A DNA stretch of 64,000 nucleotides from contig JABICX010000001.1 in assembly GCA_018652045.1 (NCBI GenBank), forward strand, positions 5,107-69,106. The letters are read 5' to 3'. This document shows, in pieces, positions 1 to 10,104 of the stretch (the first letter of the stretch is position 1; each line of letters starts with the position of its first letter). Position numbers and translations under genes: made by a program. The notes beneath the pieces were generated by a model that searched no databases, was not told the DNA's origin, and worked only from the letters and a program-made list of their open reading frames with translations. The DNA comes from Candidatus Woesearchaeota archaeon (GTDB lineage: Archaea; Nanobdellota; Nanobdellia; UBA10117; JABICX01).

Positions 1-1209
1 ACTAAACCCGATAACTACTTCTTAGATAATACTGACTGCGACGACACTGATGATAATATACATCCAGGCGCAACCGAGACCTGTGATGGAGCGGACCAAG
101 ACTGTAACGGTCTAGTAGACGACGACGCAACAGATATGAGTACCTATTACCTTGATGCAGATGGTGATGGATACGGTATTGCTCAGAGCACGCAAGCATG
201 TACTTTACCTGCAGGATACGCCAATGTTGCTGATGACTGTGATGATACTGAAGAAACCGTCAATCCCGGAAGAACTGAAATCTGCGACGGCCTTGATAAT
301 AACTGCGACACCGTTGTTGACGAGGGATACGTTGATACGGACAATGATGGTGAGAAGGATTGTTTAGATGATGACGATGACGGCGACGGCGACCTAGACA
401 CAACAGATTGTAAGCCACTAGACGCTACGATCCATGCCGGAGCTGAAGAAATCTGTGGAAACAATATCGATGAGGACTGTGATGGACAAGATGAAGTGTG
501 TTATGAGTTGCAAGATGCAGATGGAGATACCTTCAAAGAAGATGTAGATTGTGATGATAATAATGATAAGGTCTATCCTGGCGCAACAGAGTTATGCGAT
601 GGATTAGATAATGATTGTGATGATCCACCTCAGATTGATGAGAACTGGGATGTTGGAGAGATCTGTTATTCAACTGGAGATGGTGCCTGTAGAACGGAAG
701 GCGTTAAGGTTTGTGATACAGAGTATAGGACTAAATGTAATGCAGTAGATGGTACTCCAACAACCGAGATATGTATTAATGGAATCGATGAAGACTGTGA
801 CGGAACCGCAGACGACGGTTGTCAATGTACGCCTAATGATAAACAGCAGTGTGGTTCTACAGATGTTGGTGAATGTGAATACGGTGAACAGACTTGCGCT
901 GCAAACGGCATATGGGGTTCGTGTATTGGCGCAACCGAGCCAGTAGCAGAAGTATGTAATAATAATCGCGATGAAGATTGTGATGGAACACCTGACAACG
1001 GCTGTGATTCAGAATGTCCAATCGGTGATGTAAATGGAGACTGTAGCCTAACTGTTAGCGATTTAATTGTGATCGCAAATAATATTCTAAATCCAGATCA
1101 GTATGATGAATGCAATGATATAAATATATGTGATGCTAATGAGGATAATCAAGTAACGGTTAGCGATCTAATCATGTTCGCAAACATAATCCTTGGAGGG
1201 GGTGGCTGA
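1..1209 (+). CDS. Cys/Asp-rich surface protein with putative metal-binding (MopE-like, DCDD..HPGA.E.CDG.DNNC) repeats and a C-terminal dockerin; 5'-partial
   Basis: Frame is open from base 1 (TKPDNYFLDNTDCDDTDDNIHPGATETCDGADQDCNG...), so the ORF-track start at 136 is internal. Repeated DCDD-x-PGAxExC-DGxDNNC motifs. C-terminus has two Ca-loop/helix repeats GDVNGDCSLTVSDLIVIANNIL / DANEDNQVTVSDLIMFANIIL, the dockerin pattern. Confidence 0.85.
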   Translation, partial: TKPDNYFLDNTDCDDTDDNIHPGATETCDGADQDCNGLVDDDATDMSTYYLDADGDGYGIAQSTQACTLPAGYANVADDCDDTEETVNPGRTEICDGLDNNCDTVVDEGYVDTDNDGEKDCLDDDDDGDGDLDTTDCKPLDATIHAGAEEICGNNIDEDCDGQDEVCYELQDADGDTFKEDVDCDDNNDKVYPGATELCDGLDNDCDDPPQIDENWDVGEICYSTGDGACRTEGVKVCDTEYRTKCNAVDGTPTTEICINGIDEDCDGTADDGCQCTPNDKQQCGSTDVGECEYGEQTCAANGIWGSCIGATEPVAEVCNNNRDEDCDGTPDNGCDSECPIGDVNGDCSLTVSDLIVIANNILNPDQYDECNDINICDANEDNQVTVSDLIMFANIILGGGG

Positions 1210-4200
1210 TGAAACAACTGAAAATTAGTCTGTTGATAATTCCTTTGCTACTGCTTGCTAGCGTCTCAGCACTTACAATATCTTGCCAAGATGTAGTCTA
1301 TGATGGTTCTACGTCAAGTGTAACTGTCCCACTTTACATCGATGCTGACGCAGAAGTTGCGGGATTCCAGTTTGACCTATCTTTTTCTGAGACGATTATT
1401 GACTACCAAACGTTTACCAAAGTACCTGCAAAGTTAGATGTTGACCCTTCAATTACAGACAGAGGTTCATCTATTTTTGCATTAGCTTGGACGTTTCCAC
1501 CAAGAGACGTTATTTTAGGTAACGGAAACATTGCAAATATACAGTTTACACCTGTAAGTGTTGGAACATCTTATATTGGTTTCTCAAATGAAGACGTTTC
1601 TGACTTAGATGGACAGATACCAGCTACATTTATAGATTGTAATGTAGAGATTCAAGCACTACCTTCGTCAGAGTGTACCGTAAACTCTGAGTGTGATGAT
1701 AATCTTTTCTGTACAAATGATGCGTGCCTAATTGATTCTTGTGTATATACACCAAAAAACATTGATGATAGTAATTCATGTACTTTAGATGTATGTGACG
1801 AAATACTTGATGCTGAGACCCATGATTTAATACTAACCTGTACTGACGCAGACGGATGTTGTCCAGATGCATGTGATTCAACTACAGATTCTGACTGTGT
1901 AGGTTCATGTACGGTTGATTCAGAATGTCTTGATGGCCTATGGTGTAATGGTCAAGAGTACTGTAATGGTGATGTTTGCGCGTCACGAAGTGCTCCAAAC
2001 TGTGGAAAAGATGCCACATGTGTTGATGGAACATGTAATGAGTTAGCAGATCTAACTGATAACGCCGGTACATGTGACTATGATACAGACTCTTGCGAGT
2101 GCGATGTTGTTGATGATCCTGCCTGTGACGATGGCGATGAATGTACTACTGATAGTTGTAGTCTTCCATTAACTAATGGCGATGGCACCTGTCAGCATGC
2201 TGTTATCGATAGCTGTGCGCCATGTGTAGATTTAGATGGAGATGGATATGGTGAAGGTGCGGGATGTACTGGTGCAGATTGCGATGACGATGACGTTGAC
2301 GTACATCCAGGAGCTACTGAAATCTGCGACGATGAAATTGATAATGATTGTGTAGGTGGTGATGCTGTATGTCCTGAAGAGCTACCAAATATAGAAGCAA
2401 CTGACTTTAGATTAAGTGGGCTGCGACGATTAAACCAAGAACTTAACCTAATAACCATTCTTTCAAATACAGGTACGGCTGACGCAGGTGGTTTTGATAT
2501 AACATATACCGCGATCGACCCTGGTTATTCATTTATAGATATGATTTTAGTTGGTACATACACAAATATCGAAGAGATCGGTGGCATCTATGTAGAGAGT
2601 TTAGTGAAAGACACAGTAGACTACGAAGCTTCATTTACGTGGGATGTCGATATATATGGGGAATATGATATATGTTCATACGCAGATCAATTACAGGCAA
2701 TTCAAGAAGAAGGCGAGATCTGGGATGATATGTTCCGTGGACAAGAAGATAATGTCGCCTGCTACGCAGATCTAAATGGCGAATATCTCGAGATATGGCA
2801 ATGTATTGAAGATACTGAATGTAGTGTTGATGATGCACCTGCGTCCGAGTGGGGCGCATGCGTTGGTTTTACAGATAACTGCGACACTACAGGATTACAA
2901 GAACGAACGATATATACGCCTTTGTGCGAATTAAGCACACATACATGTGGTTATTCTGAAGAAGTCGAGTCGCAAGAGTGTACGCGAACCATCACACCAG
3001 TACCTGAGGTGTGTGATAATATCATTGATGATGATTGTAATGGTGCTGCTGACGAACTTGACCCTACTTGTGTCGATGCATGCACAACTCTAGCTGAATG
3101 TGATGATGACGATCCATGTAATGGTGCAGAAACCTGTACAGATGGAGCCTGCGTGCCCGGAACGCCAATGGTTTGCGATGATGATTTATTCTGTACAGGT
3201 ATAGAAACTTGTGACGTTGCTCAAGGTGGATGTGTAGCTGGAACTCCACCAGATTGTAGTGATGACAATACATGCACAGTTGATAGCTGTAATGAGACTA
3301 CTGATCAGTGTGATATTGATGCAACTGGATGCACATGTACGGTAGATGCTGATTGTGGAGTTTCTGATGGCTGTACTACTAATACATGTAATGCTGCAGG
3401 ACTATGTGATACGCCTATCGTGGAAGTAGATGATACTGAATGTGATGATGATCTTTTCTGTACAATAAATGATCGATGCCTATCAGGTGTATGTGAATCT
3501 GATCCTGTAGATGTCGAAGACCCTATAGCATGTACTGATGATTATTGTGATGAAGCAAGTCGTACTATATGGCATAGAACAAATAGAACCGCCTGTGACG
3601 ATGGAAGTGTTTGTACGGTGGACATATGTCATTCAACCAATGATTTTGAACGTTTCCCGGGTGGATGTGAGAACAGGCCTGCAGAATGTACTGACGATGA
3701 CGGCTGTTGTCCTGCAGCATGTACTACTGCTACAGATTCTGACTGCCTAGAGAATTGTGATGATGGTATTTGTTCTGCTGAAGAGAATTGTCTAAACTGT
3801 GAAGCTGATTGTGGATGTGGTGATGGACAAGACTGTGGAAGTAATGGATTATGCATCGTTCTTGACTGTGAGCCTAGTTGTACTGGAAAAACCTGCGGAC
3901 CTGATGGATGTGGAGGTAGTTGCGGAACCTGTACAGGTAACGATACATGTAGTTCAGGTGTATGTACCTCTTGTACTGATACTTGTGATAGTCTTAATCT
4001 CGAATGTGGAACTTGGGTAATCTGTGGAAATAGTACTTCGTGTGGTGGTTGTGATAATGATGATTATTCATGTAATAACCAAGGTACATGTGAACGTACA
4101 AACCGACGAAGGGGGTCTACGCAAGTATTCCAGCAATATACATATAGCTATCAATGTAATGATTCAACAGACAATGACAATGACGGATTTGTTGACCTGA

Positions 4201-4676
4201 AGGATACAGATTGCGACTCACCATCAGATGATAGTGAATATTATCAACCTAAACCAAACCCAGGACAGTGGAATTTACCGTTACCACGAGACTCAAGTCC
4301 ACCACCTGTAATCGAGCGAGCAGTATGTGGTGATGACTTTTGCTCACCTACAGAGACTGCAGATAGTTGCGCATTAGATTGTAAGAAGTCGAATATTATA
4401 TGGTTCGGTGTAGTTGGCATATTATTCGCCATATTTGTATTTATCTTGTTTAGACACTATCGATCACGTACTGTCAAGCCAACTAACTTTGATGTAGACA
4501 CACAATTGGAGCAAAAACCAGTTCAAACTGCCCCTAAAACACATGTAAACCCCACTCTAGCAGCATATATTCAGCGAGAAAGAGGTGCGGGATTCCATAA
4601 TACAAAGATACGTGAGATACTTATCAAGAAAGGGTGGAAAGCTTCGGACGTAGACGCAGCACTTCGAAACGTTTAA
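1209..4676 (+). CDS. Membrane-anchored Cys-rich surface protein: signal peptide, cohesin-like domain, CDDxNxCTxDxC repeats, CARDB-like domain, C-terminal TM and short cytoplasmic helical domain
   Basis: MKQLKISLLIIPLLLLASVSA signal peptide. VTVPLYID..VAGFQFDLSF..IANIQF..GTSYI matches a cohesin pattern. Many CDDxxxCTxDxC repeats. TM IIWFGVVGILFAIFVFILF, then tail LAAYIQ..G..IREILIKKGW..VDAAL. TGATG stop/start overlap with the upstream gene. Confidence 0.85.
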   Translation: MKQLKISLLIIPLLLLASVSALTISCQDVVYDGSTSSVTVPLYIDADAEVAGFQFDLSFSETIIDYQTFTKVPAKLDVDPSITDRGSSIFALAWTFPPRDVILGNGNIANIQFTPVSVGTSYIGFSNEDVSDLDGQIPATFIDCNVEIQALPSSECTVNSECDDNLFCTNDACLIDSCVYTPKNIDDSNSCTLDVCDEILDAETHDLILTCTDADGCCPDACDSTTDSDCVGSCTVDSECLDGLWCNGQEYCNGDVCASRSAPNCGKDATCVDGTCNELADLTDNAGTCDYDTDSCECDVVDDPACDDGDECTTDSCSLPLTNGDGTCQHAVIDSCAPCVDLDGDGYGEGAGCTGADCDDDDVDVHPGATEICDDEIDNDCVGGDAVCPEELPNIEATDFRLSGLRRLNQELNLITILSNTGTADAGGFDITYTAIDPGYSFIDMILVGTYTNIEEIGGIYVESLVKDTVDYEASFTWDVDIYGEYDICSYADQLQAIQEEGEIWDDMFRGQEDNVACYADLNGEYLEIWQCIEDTECSVDDAPASEWGACVGFTDNCDTTGLQERTIYTPLCELSTHTCGYSEEVESQECTRTITPVPEVCDNIIDDDCNGAADELDPTCVDACTTLAECDDDDPCNGAETCTDGACVPGTPMVCDDDLFCTGIETCDVAQGGCVAGTPPDCSDDNTCTVDSCNETTDQCDIDATGCTCTVDADCGVSDGCTTNTCNAAGLCDTPIVEVDDTECDDDLFCTINDRCLSGVCESDPVDVEDPIACTDDYCDEASRTIWHRTNRTACDDGSVCTVDICHSTNDFERFPGGCENRPAECTDDDGCCPAACTTATDSDCLENCDDGICSAEENCLNCEADCGCGDGQDCGSNGLCIVLDCEPSCTGKTCGPDGCGGSCGTCTGNDTCSSGVCTSCTDTCDSLNLECGTWVICGNSTSCGGCDNDDYSCNNQGTCERTNRRRGSTQVFQQYTYSYQCNDSTDNDNDGFVDLKDTDCDSPSDDSEYYQPKPNPGQWNLPLPRDSSPPPVIERAVCGDDFCSPTETADSCALDCKKSNIIWFGVVGILFAIFVFILFRHYRSRTVKPTNFDVDTQLEQKPVQTAPKTHVNPTLAAYIQRERGAGFHNTKIREILIKKGWKASDVDAALRNV

Positions 4677-4730
4677 TCACAGTACCTTTTAGTCTAAGCA
4701 AAGCTTAGCCAATAAGTCGTCCTTCGGAAG

Positions 4731-4740
4731 CCTTATAAAC
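4731..4740 (+). promoter_or_regulatory. Putative archaeal TATA box for the toprim-dnaG operon
   Basis: AAGCC-TTATAAA about 45 nt upstream of ATG 4784. Confidence 0.5.
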
Positions 4741-4783
4741 ATAGATTTGCCTCTTATTAACATAAACACGAAGAGCAAGGTCA

Positions 4784-5158
4784 ATGCTTACTCACGTTCA
4801 CGAGCTCCTTTTGGAGCAACTCAATCAATTAAAAAACCTGAAAAACGACGAGATAATCGTTGTTGAAGGAAAAAACGATATGCGAGCGCTAAGAAAGCTC
4901 GGAATTGATTCTAGCATCTTCTTGTTAAATAACAGATACAAAAGTCTGGTTGAAAGATCAGAATCACTAGCAAAATCCAGCCGAGTAATACTCCTGCTGG
5001 ATACAGATCAGAAAGGTCAAGAACTAACAAAACAAATGCAAAATCATCTTAAAGATCAAGGTGTTCACGTGAACACCAAACTTGGAAAAACCTTACTACG
5101 AACGGCAGGTTGCCGCACAGTAGAGAGTTTAGCTAGCGTTCTGAATAAGACTGGATAG
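4784..5158 (+). CDS. Small stand-alone Toprim-domain protein (RNase M5/primase-like)
   Basis: IIVVEGKND and ILLLDTDQKG Toprim motifs (conserved E and DxD); immediately upstream of dnaG. Confidence 0.85.
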   Translation: MLTHVHELLLEQLNQLKNLKNDEIIVVEGKNDMRALRKLGIDSSIFLLNNRYKSLVERSESLAKSSRVILLLDTDQKGQELTKQMQNHLKDQGVHVNTKLGKTLLRTAGCRTVESLASVLNKTG

Positions 5159-5175
5159 TATCTAGGAAATTGAAA

Positions 5176-6480
5176 ATGGGAAAAATAAGTCCAGTATCAA
5201 TAAAATACAATATATCAGCGAATATTTCGCTTACAGGTGTTGCAGACAGACCCGATGTAATCGGAGCTGTTTTCGGTCAGACCGAAGGTCTACTTGGCTC
5301 AGAATTAGAGTTGAGAGAGCTGCAAAAAACAGGCAAGATAGGCCGTATAGAAGTTAATCTGAGAAATCAGGGTGGAAAATCAGACGGAACTATAGTTATT
5401 CCATCAAGTATGGGAAAATCTGAAACAGCAATTATTGCTGCAGCTATAGAGACAATAGATAGAGTTGGCCCATGTAACGCTCGGATTAAAGTTAATGAAA
5501 TTCAAGATGTAAGAGTCTCAAAAAGAGATTTTATTCTGAAGAGAGCAGAAGAGCTATTAAGAGAGTTAGTTCAGACACTCCCAGATTCAACAGAGTTCAC
5601 AAATAAGGTAACTCAGACAGTTAGAACCATGGAAGTTAATGACTATGGTAAGGATAAGTTACCTGCAGGACCTATGATTGACGGTTCTGACGATATAATC
5701 GTTGTTGAAGGAAGAGCTGACGTTATAACCTTACTAAAGTACGGTATGCGAAACGCTATATCCCTTAATGGAAAAGACTCTACTGGAACGCTTACTAACC
5801 TGATGCGCCAGAAGGTAGTCACACTTTTTGTTGATGGCGACCGTGGTGGAGATCTAGTTATTAAGAAACTAGCCGGTATGGCAGACATTGACTTTGTAGT
5901 CAAGGCTCCAGATGGAAAAGAGGTAGAAGAGCTAACTCTCAAAGAGATTCAGAAGGCACTTCGCGGTAAGCAAGGTTGGGATGATTACGCAAATGAGCAC
6001 GACATTTCAGAAAGTAAACCTACTAGATCAACTAGCAGATCAACTAGCAGATCAACTAGCGGAACTTCAACTAGAACAACCGGTCGAGCAACAAGTAGAA
6101 CCTCAACTCGAGCACCTACTAGATCAACTAGCTCAAGATATTCTAGAGATAGACCTCAAACAAGTAGATCTAGAACATCTGAAGATACCTTTGTTGAAAA
6201 GCATAAAGATGCAATAAAGGGACTAGCTGACGATCTGATAGGTACACGTGGAGCCTATGTGCTTGACGATGGCTTGAATATCTTGGGAAAGGTTCCGGTT
6301 AAGGAACTTGACGAGACACTAAACGACATCAGTGAGAATGTTTTCGCAATTATAATGGACGGAACCGTTAACTCAGCTTTAGCTGAAACTATTGACAAGA
6401 AGCGAGTTAAGTACGTCATTACAAAGAGCGATAAAAACGAGTCGGTTAGAGGCAAAGTTATACTTTTCAAAGAGCTTTAA
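5176..6480 (+). CDS. dnaG: Archaeal DnaG (primase-like, exosome-associated protein)
   Basis: DVIGAVFGQTEGLLG..ELRELQKTGKIGRIEV N-terminal signature; Toprim VVEGRADV and FVDGDRGG; APDGKEVEEL. ATG at 5176 preferred over TTG 5170. Confidence 0.95.
   Translation: MGKISPVSIKYNISANISLTGVADRPDVIGAVFGQTEGLLGSELELRELQKTGKIGRIEVNLRNQGGKSDGTIVIPSSMGKSETAIIAAAIETIDRVGPCNARIKVNEIQDVRVSKRDFILKRAEELLRELVQTLPDSTEFTNKVTQTVRTMEVNDYGKDKLPAGPMIDGSDDIIVVEGRADVITLLKYGMRNAISLNGKDSTGTLTNLMRQKVVTLFVDGDRGGDLVIKKLAGMADIDFVVKAPDGKEVEELTLKEIQKALRGKQGWDDYANEHDISESKPTRSTSRSTSRSTSGTSTRTTGRATSRTSTRAPTRSTSSRYSRDRPQTSRSRTSEDTFVEKHKDAIKGLADDLIGTRGAYVLDDGLNILGKVPVKELDETLNDISENVFAIIMDGTVNSALAETIDKKRVKYVITKSDKNESVRGKVILFKEL
6025..6060 (+). 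repeat. In-frame 12-bp tandem repeat (AGATCAACTAGC x3) encoding RSTS in the DnaG linker
   Basis: Three perfect copies at 6025, 6037 and 6049. Confidence 0.9.
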
Positions 6481-7729
6481 GCTCTTTGAACTCTTTCTTT
6501 ATTTCTTTTAGAATATCATCTACTAGTCGTACCTTTCGAGGTAGGTCAACATATAGCTTACCTTTACTTGTTTTTATAGCATAATTCTTCCATTCTTTTC
6601 TAAAAGCCGTACAATGTTCGGTTAGATTAGCTGGAGGACCCCAATGTCTAAAGCTAGTAGATAGTATCTTCGGGTCAAGATAGAACCACAGTAAGGCAGG
6701 ACCTTTCTTATCCCAGTACCAGCTCTTTTTTACAATCTTAAAATCAAAGTTTTCTAAAAGCCGTTCAATATCTTCAAAAGTCTTAAGAATCTTACAACCC
6801 GCAACGTCGATCGTTGTATCTTGATCAGGTTGCACTTCGAACAGAAGTAAACGATTCTTACTTTTCCAACCTTTAATCTGGATAGCAGTAACCTTCTTTT
6901 CAACAAAGAAGCTAGGTCTTGGGTCTGCTAAAAAGCGTTGACATAACTTCTTAAGGTCTTTAAATTTCTCGTCAGATAGAGCAGCAGCAGCGTTTCGTTC
7001 TGGCTGAATTGGGTCAACAAGAATAATTGGGCTTACAAGCTTAGACTCATTCATAAGTAACATAAGCTGTTTTTCGTTCATATACGCATGCTCTGGATCT
7101 ATAATCACGCGATCTCGCCACTTGCTGATTGCACGTACTAGCTTTAGAAATCCACCATGATGAATCGTCATAACCTCAATAACATGCCCAGAGATTCCTC
7201 GAATAAACGACTCAGCCCCGTATAGATTGTTAGCCTTGAAAAAGTGCTTTGCTAGGCGGATATCATTACTAAGATTTAGCTGACGAGTTCGCTTTGATAG
7301 CCAGATAAAATGAAGTGGAGAGACATCTGTGATATTTAGCATCATCTTAGGGTTGCTGATCTTAAGAACTGGGATGATTTCAATATCATAGCCTTGGTAG
7401 CGCGTCTGGAAGTAGTCTCGAGACCCATGCAGCAACCTATATTCTTTGAAACAGCTTTTAACTATTTTCTCAGCAAATGTAGCTAGTTGATCACTCTGAG
7501 TTTTATACTTCTGATAGTCAAAACGTAAGAAACAGTCAATATCATGTATGCCTGGAAGCCAGGTGTTTTTTGCAACAGAACCACCAACAACTAGTTCAGC
7601 ACCATACTTGCTTGCTTTTTCATTAACTATCTGAATAATTTCTTGGGCTGCTGAGCTGACTTTTCTTAGCTCATCCGGAGTAGGTGTAACAAGTTTCCTA
7701 GCAGAATCCAACACATGATTATACTTCAT
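6467..7729 (-). CDS. cca: CCA-adding enzyme (archaeal class I tRNA nucleotidyltransferase)
   Basis: GGSVAKNTWL...DIDCF NTase motif; DVSPLH; YGAE..IRGISG; LVDPIQPERNAAAALS; HWGPP. Confidence 0.95.
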   Translation of the reverse strand: MKYNHVLDSARKLVTPTPDELRKVSSAAQEIIQIVNEKASKYGAELVVGGSVAKNTWLPGIHDIDCFLRFDYQKYKTQSDQLATFAEKIVKSCFKEYRLLHGSRDYFQTRYQGYDIEIIPVLKISNPKMMLNITDVSPLHFIWLSKRTRQLNLSNDIRLAKHFFKANNLYGAESFIRGISGHVIEVMTIHHGGFLKLVRAISKWRDRVIIDPEHAYMNEKQLMLLMNESKLVSPIILVDPIQPERNAAAALSDEKFKDLKKLCQRFLADPRPSFFVEKKVTAIQIKGWKSKNRLLLFEVQPDQDTTIDVAGCKILKTFEDIERLLENFDFKIVKKSWYWDKKGPALLWFYLDPKILSTSFRHWGPPANLTEHCTAFRKEWKNYAIKTSKGKLYVDLPRKVRLVDDILKEIKKEFKELKAL

Positions 7730-7771
7730 ATATAATCTATATGCTGTAGAATTATAAAAGTTCCCGAAGAA

Positions 7772-8233
7772 CTACGCAGTAGACTTGCTTAAATGAGTAA
7801 TGTGGTTAAAATGGTCTTTAACTTTAATAAATGCGACTAGATCATTTAATTCAGAATAAACTGACTCACCTTTTTCTGCCTTTTTTACGTGAGGTAATAT
7901 TCTAGTGCCAAATCCTAACAATACATCACTGGCGTTCTTTTTGTGAGCTTCAGATATGTCAGGGTTTTCACTAACCATCATTCCAATCAATGCACTCGTA
8001 GTATATGGATTTGCGCCAATTTGGTTTAACATACTTTTAGCTTCTTCGATCCGGTTAGGATCGCTTAGTGCATGAACCAAGAATCGTATATTTGAGCGAA
8101 TCATTTTTTTCTCACTAGGTTCGTGTAACTCAAAGAAGTGCGTAGCAGTCTCTAACGCACTTATAGCTACCTGACGCATTGTTTCAGGTGAGTATATGAG
8201 TGGATCACCAATATATGTACTATCATCTGTCAT
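7772..8233 (-). CDS. Hypothetical alpha-helical protein
   Basis: 153-aa ORF filling the gap between cca and the antiporter on the same strand; no recognised motif. Confidence 0.6.
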   Translation of the reverse strand: MTDDSTYIGDPLIYSPETMRQVAISALETATHFFELHEPSEKKMIRSNIRFLVHALSDPNRIEEAKSMLNQIGANPYTTSALIGMMVSENPDISEAHKKNASDVLLGFGTRILPHVKKAEKGESVYSELNDLVAFIKVKDHFNHITHLSKSTA

Positions 8234-8263
8234 AGTACTACTTCAAAATAACCGTTTAAAAGC

Positions 8264-10018
8264 TTAACGGTCCCAGAATTTCAATAAATCCTTCTGCCCA
8301 GAGTCATTTCCATGCCGGAATAGTGACGGTGCATGTCGTTCTATTAGTTCATGGCTTCGGATCTTTTCTAACTCAACGATCTGTCTTAGTCTAAGTACAT
8401 CGATTATATTCTTGTTGTGGAAATTTCGTAATACGTCGGATAACTTTTCACCAGCTAGCATAGCAGGTAAGATAACATAGTCTGCGCCATCTTCATACAG
8501 CTTAAGTGCCTCATCAGTACTTGCTGCAACACTAAAGAACAAAGCATTTTGACTGTGCTGCTTTAGGTTACGTATAATTGCACGATTGGTTATGTGACTT
8601 GGTATTGTAGATATGATCGCGTATGCTTGGCCAAGATCAAGTCTTTCAAGTATCTCTGGATCTTCAGCATCACCACAGATACAGTTTATGTCTCTAGCAA
8701 TCAAACCCTGTATAATATCAGGGTTATAATCTACAACAACGATCCGTTTTCCTAATTCATGAACTGCCTCGACGATCTTTCGTCCAGTGTGATCTGCTCC
8801 AAAGACTACAATATGATCCTCTAACTTTCCAGGTATGTGACTCAGATCGTGTGCAGATTTTTGGTTAAAGAAAAACAATATGTGACCGATCTTATGATAG
8901 ATTATATCATCATATTTTATTAGATAGGTGGTTAGAAGCATAGTAATTGCAGTTAGTATAATTGCAATAGATAGTATGTTATCAGATATCTGACCTATCA
9001 AGACCCCTTGCATAGCAAGAATGATAGAGAACTCACTAACCTGTGCTAGACCGAAGCCAGATAGGAAAGAGGTTCTTCGAGCGTATTGTTTTAGGCTAGC
9101 AAGTGCACCAATAATCAAAGGTTTTCCAAGCAGAACAATAAGTAAGAATACAATTATTGGAATAACTAGTGATCGGTCAAGCGTAGGTACAATCTGAATA
9201 CCAATTGCTACAAAGAAGATCGTGACAAAGAAATCTCTAATCGGCTTAACTCGTCCGATGATCTCAATGTTATACGGGAAGTTTGCTAGAGCAACTCCTG
9301 CGATAAACGCTCCAATGGCAATGGAGAAACCAAGATACGCTGCAGCTCCAGAAAAGACAAAACACCATGCTAACGCAAACATAAACAATAGTTCCTGAGA
9401 TTCAGCAACTTTCTTGAAAAAGAGTGGAAGAATATACTTTGCAGATAGAAGCGCAGTAAGTACTAGACTAATACCCATAAGGCCCAACTTGGCAAAGCTC
9501 ATAGCTGAAACATCTGTGTTCAGTAAGAGCGTCAGAGCTATAATAACAATGACATCCTGAACTAGAAGTATGCCTAACATTATTCGACCATGCAAGGTGT
9601 CTAGCTCACGGCTGTCTGATAACATCTTGATTACGACGAGAGTACTACTAAACGCTAGAATTAGACCTAGGTATAGGCTCTCAATGGTTGAAAATCCAAA
9701 GAAGCGAGAGACTAAGAATCCAATTCCAGTAACTAACCCAACCTCACCCAATCCAATGAGCGAAGCACTTCCACCTACTTTTTTTAGTCGTTCAACGCTT
9801 AGCTCAAGCCCAACAACAAACAACAATAGTGCAATACCTAACTCTCCAATGTTCTTTACAAAATCAATGTCATGAATCAACTTTAATCCAAAAGGTCCTA
9901 TGATGATACCGCCGATAATATATGCTAGAATCGCTGGCTGTCTAAGGAACTTTGCGATTATGCCGATTGTGGCAGCTATTATGATTATAATCGATATGTC
10001 AAACAAGACTGGATCCAT
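8264..10018 (-). CDS. Kef-type cation:proton antiporter (CPA2) with C-terminal TrkA-N/RCK domain
   Basis: About 12-13 TM segments; LLLFVVGLELS, AFSST, GILLVQD, LAQVSEFS motifs; C-terminal HIVVFGADHTG..VVVDYN..GDAED. Confidence 0.92.
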   Translation of the reverse strand: MDPVLFDISIIIIIAATIGIIAKFLRQPAILAYIIGGIIIGPFGLKLIHDIDFVKNIGELGIALLLFVVGLELSVERLKKVGGSASLIGLGEVGLVTGIGFLVSRFFGFSTIESLYLGLILAFSSTLVVIKMLSDSRELDTLHGRIMLGILLVQDVIVIIALTLLLNTDVSAMSFAKLGLMGISLVLTALLSAKYILPLFFKKVAESQELLFMFALAWCFVFSGAAAYLGFSIAIGAFIAGVALANFPYNIEIIGRVKPIRDFFVTIFFVAIGIQIVPTLDRSLVIPIIVFLLIVLLGKPLIIGALASLKQYARRTSFLSGFGLAQVSEFSIILAMQGVLIGQISDNILSIAIILTAITMLLTTYLIKYDDIIYHKIGHILFFFNQKSAHDLSHIPGKLEDHIVVFGADHTGRKIVEAVHELGKRIVVVDYNPDIIQGLIARDINCICGDAEDPEILERLDLGQAYAIISTIPSHITNRAIIRNLKQHSQNALFFSVAASTDEALKLYEDGADYVILPAMLAGEKLSDVLRNFHNKNIIDVLRLRQIVELEKIRSHELIERHAPSLFRHGNDSGQKDLLKFWDR

Positions 10019-10104
10019 ATAGATCTATATGCTCGTCTGTATAAATAATTTCTTGTTTTCTCAAGTATACTATTAATTAAAAACCAACATCGAGAGGTAA
10101 TGCC

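Noticed and set aside
136-1209. ATG 136 as the true start of the first gene
   Set aside because: The frame is open to the window edge with the same repeat type, and there is no signal peptide at 136.
4694-4730. Small hairpins (CTAAGC-AAA-GCTTAG; CTTCGGAAG) as ncRNA
   Set aside because: Too short to support an RNA gene; at most a terminator-like element after the cohesin gene.
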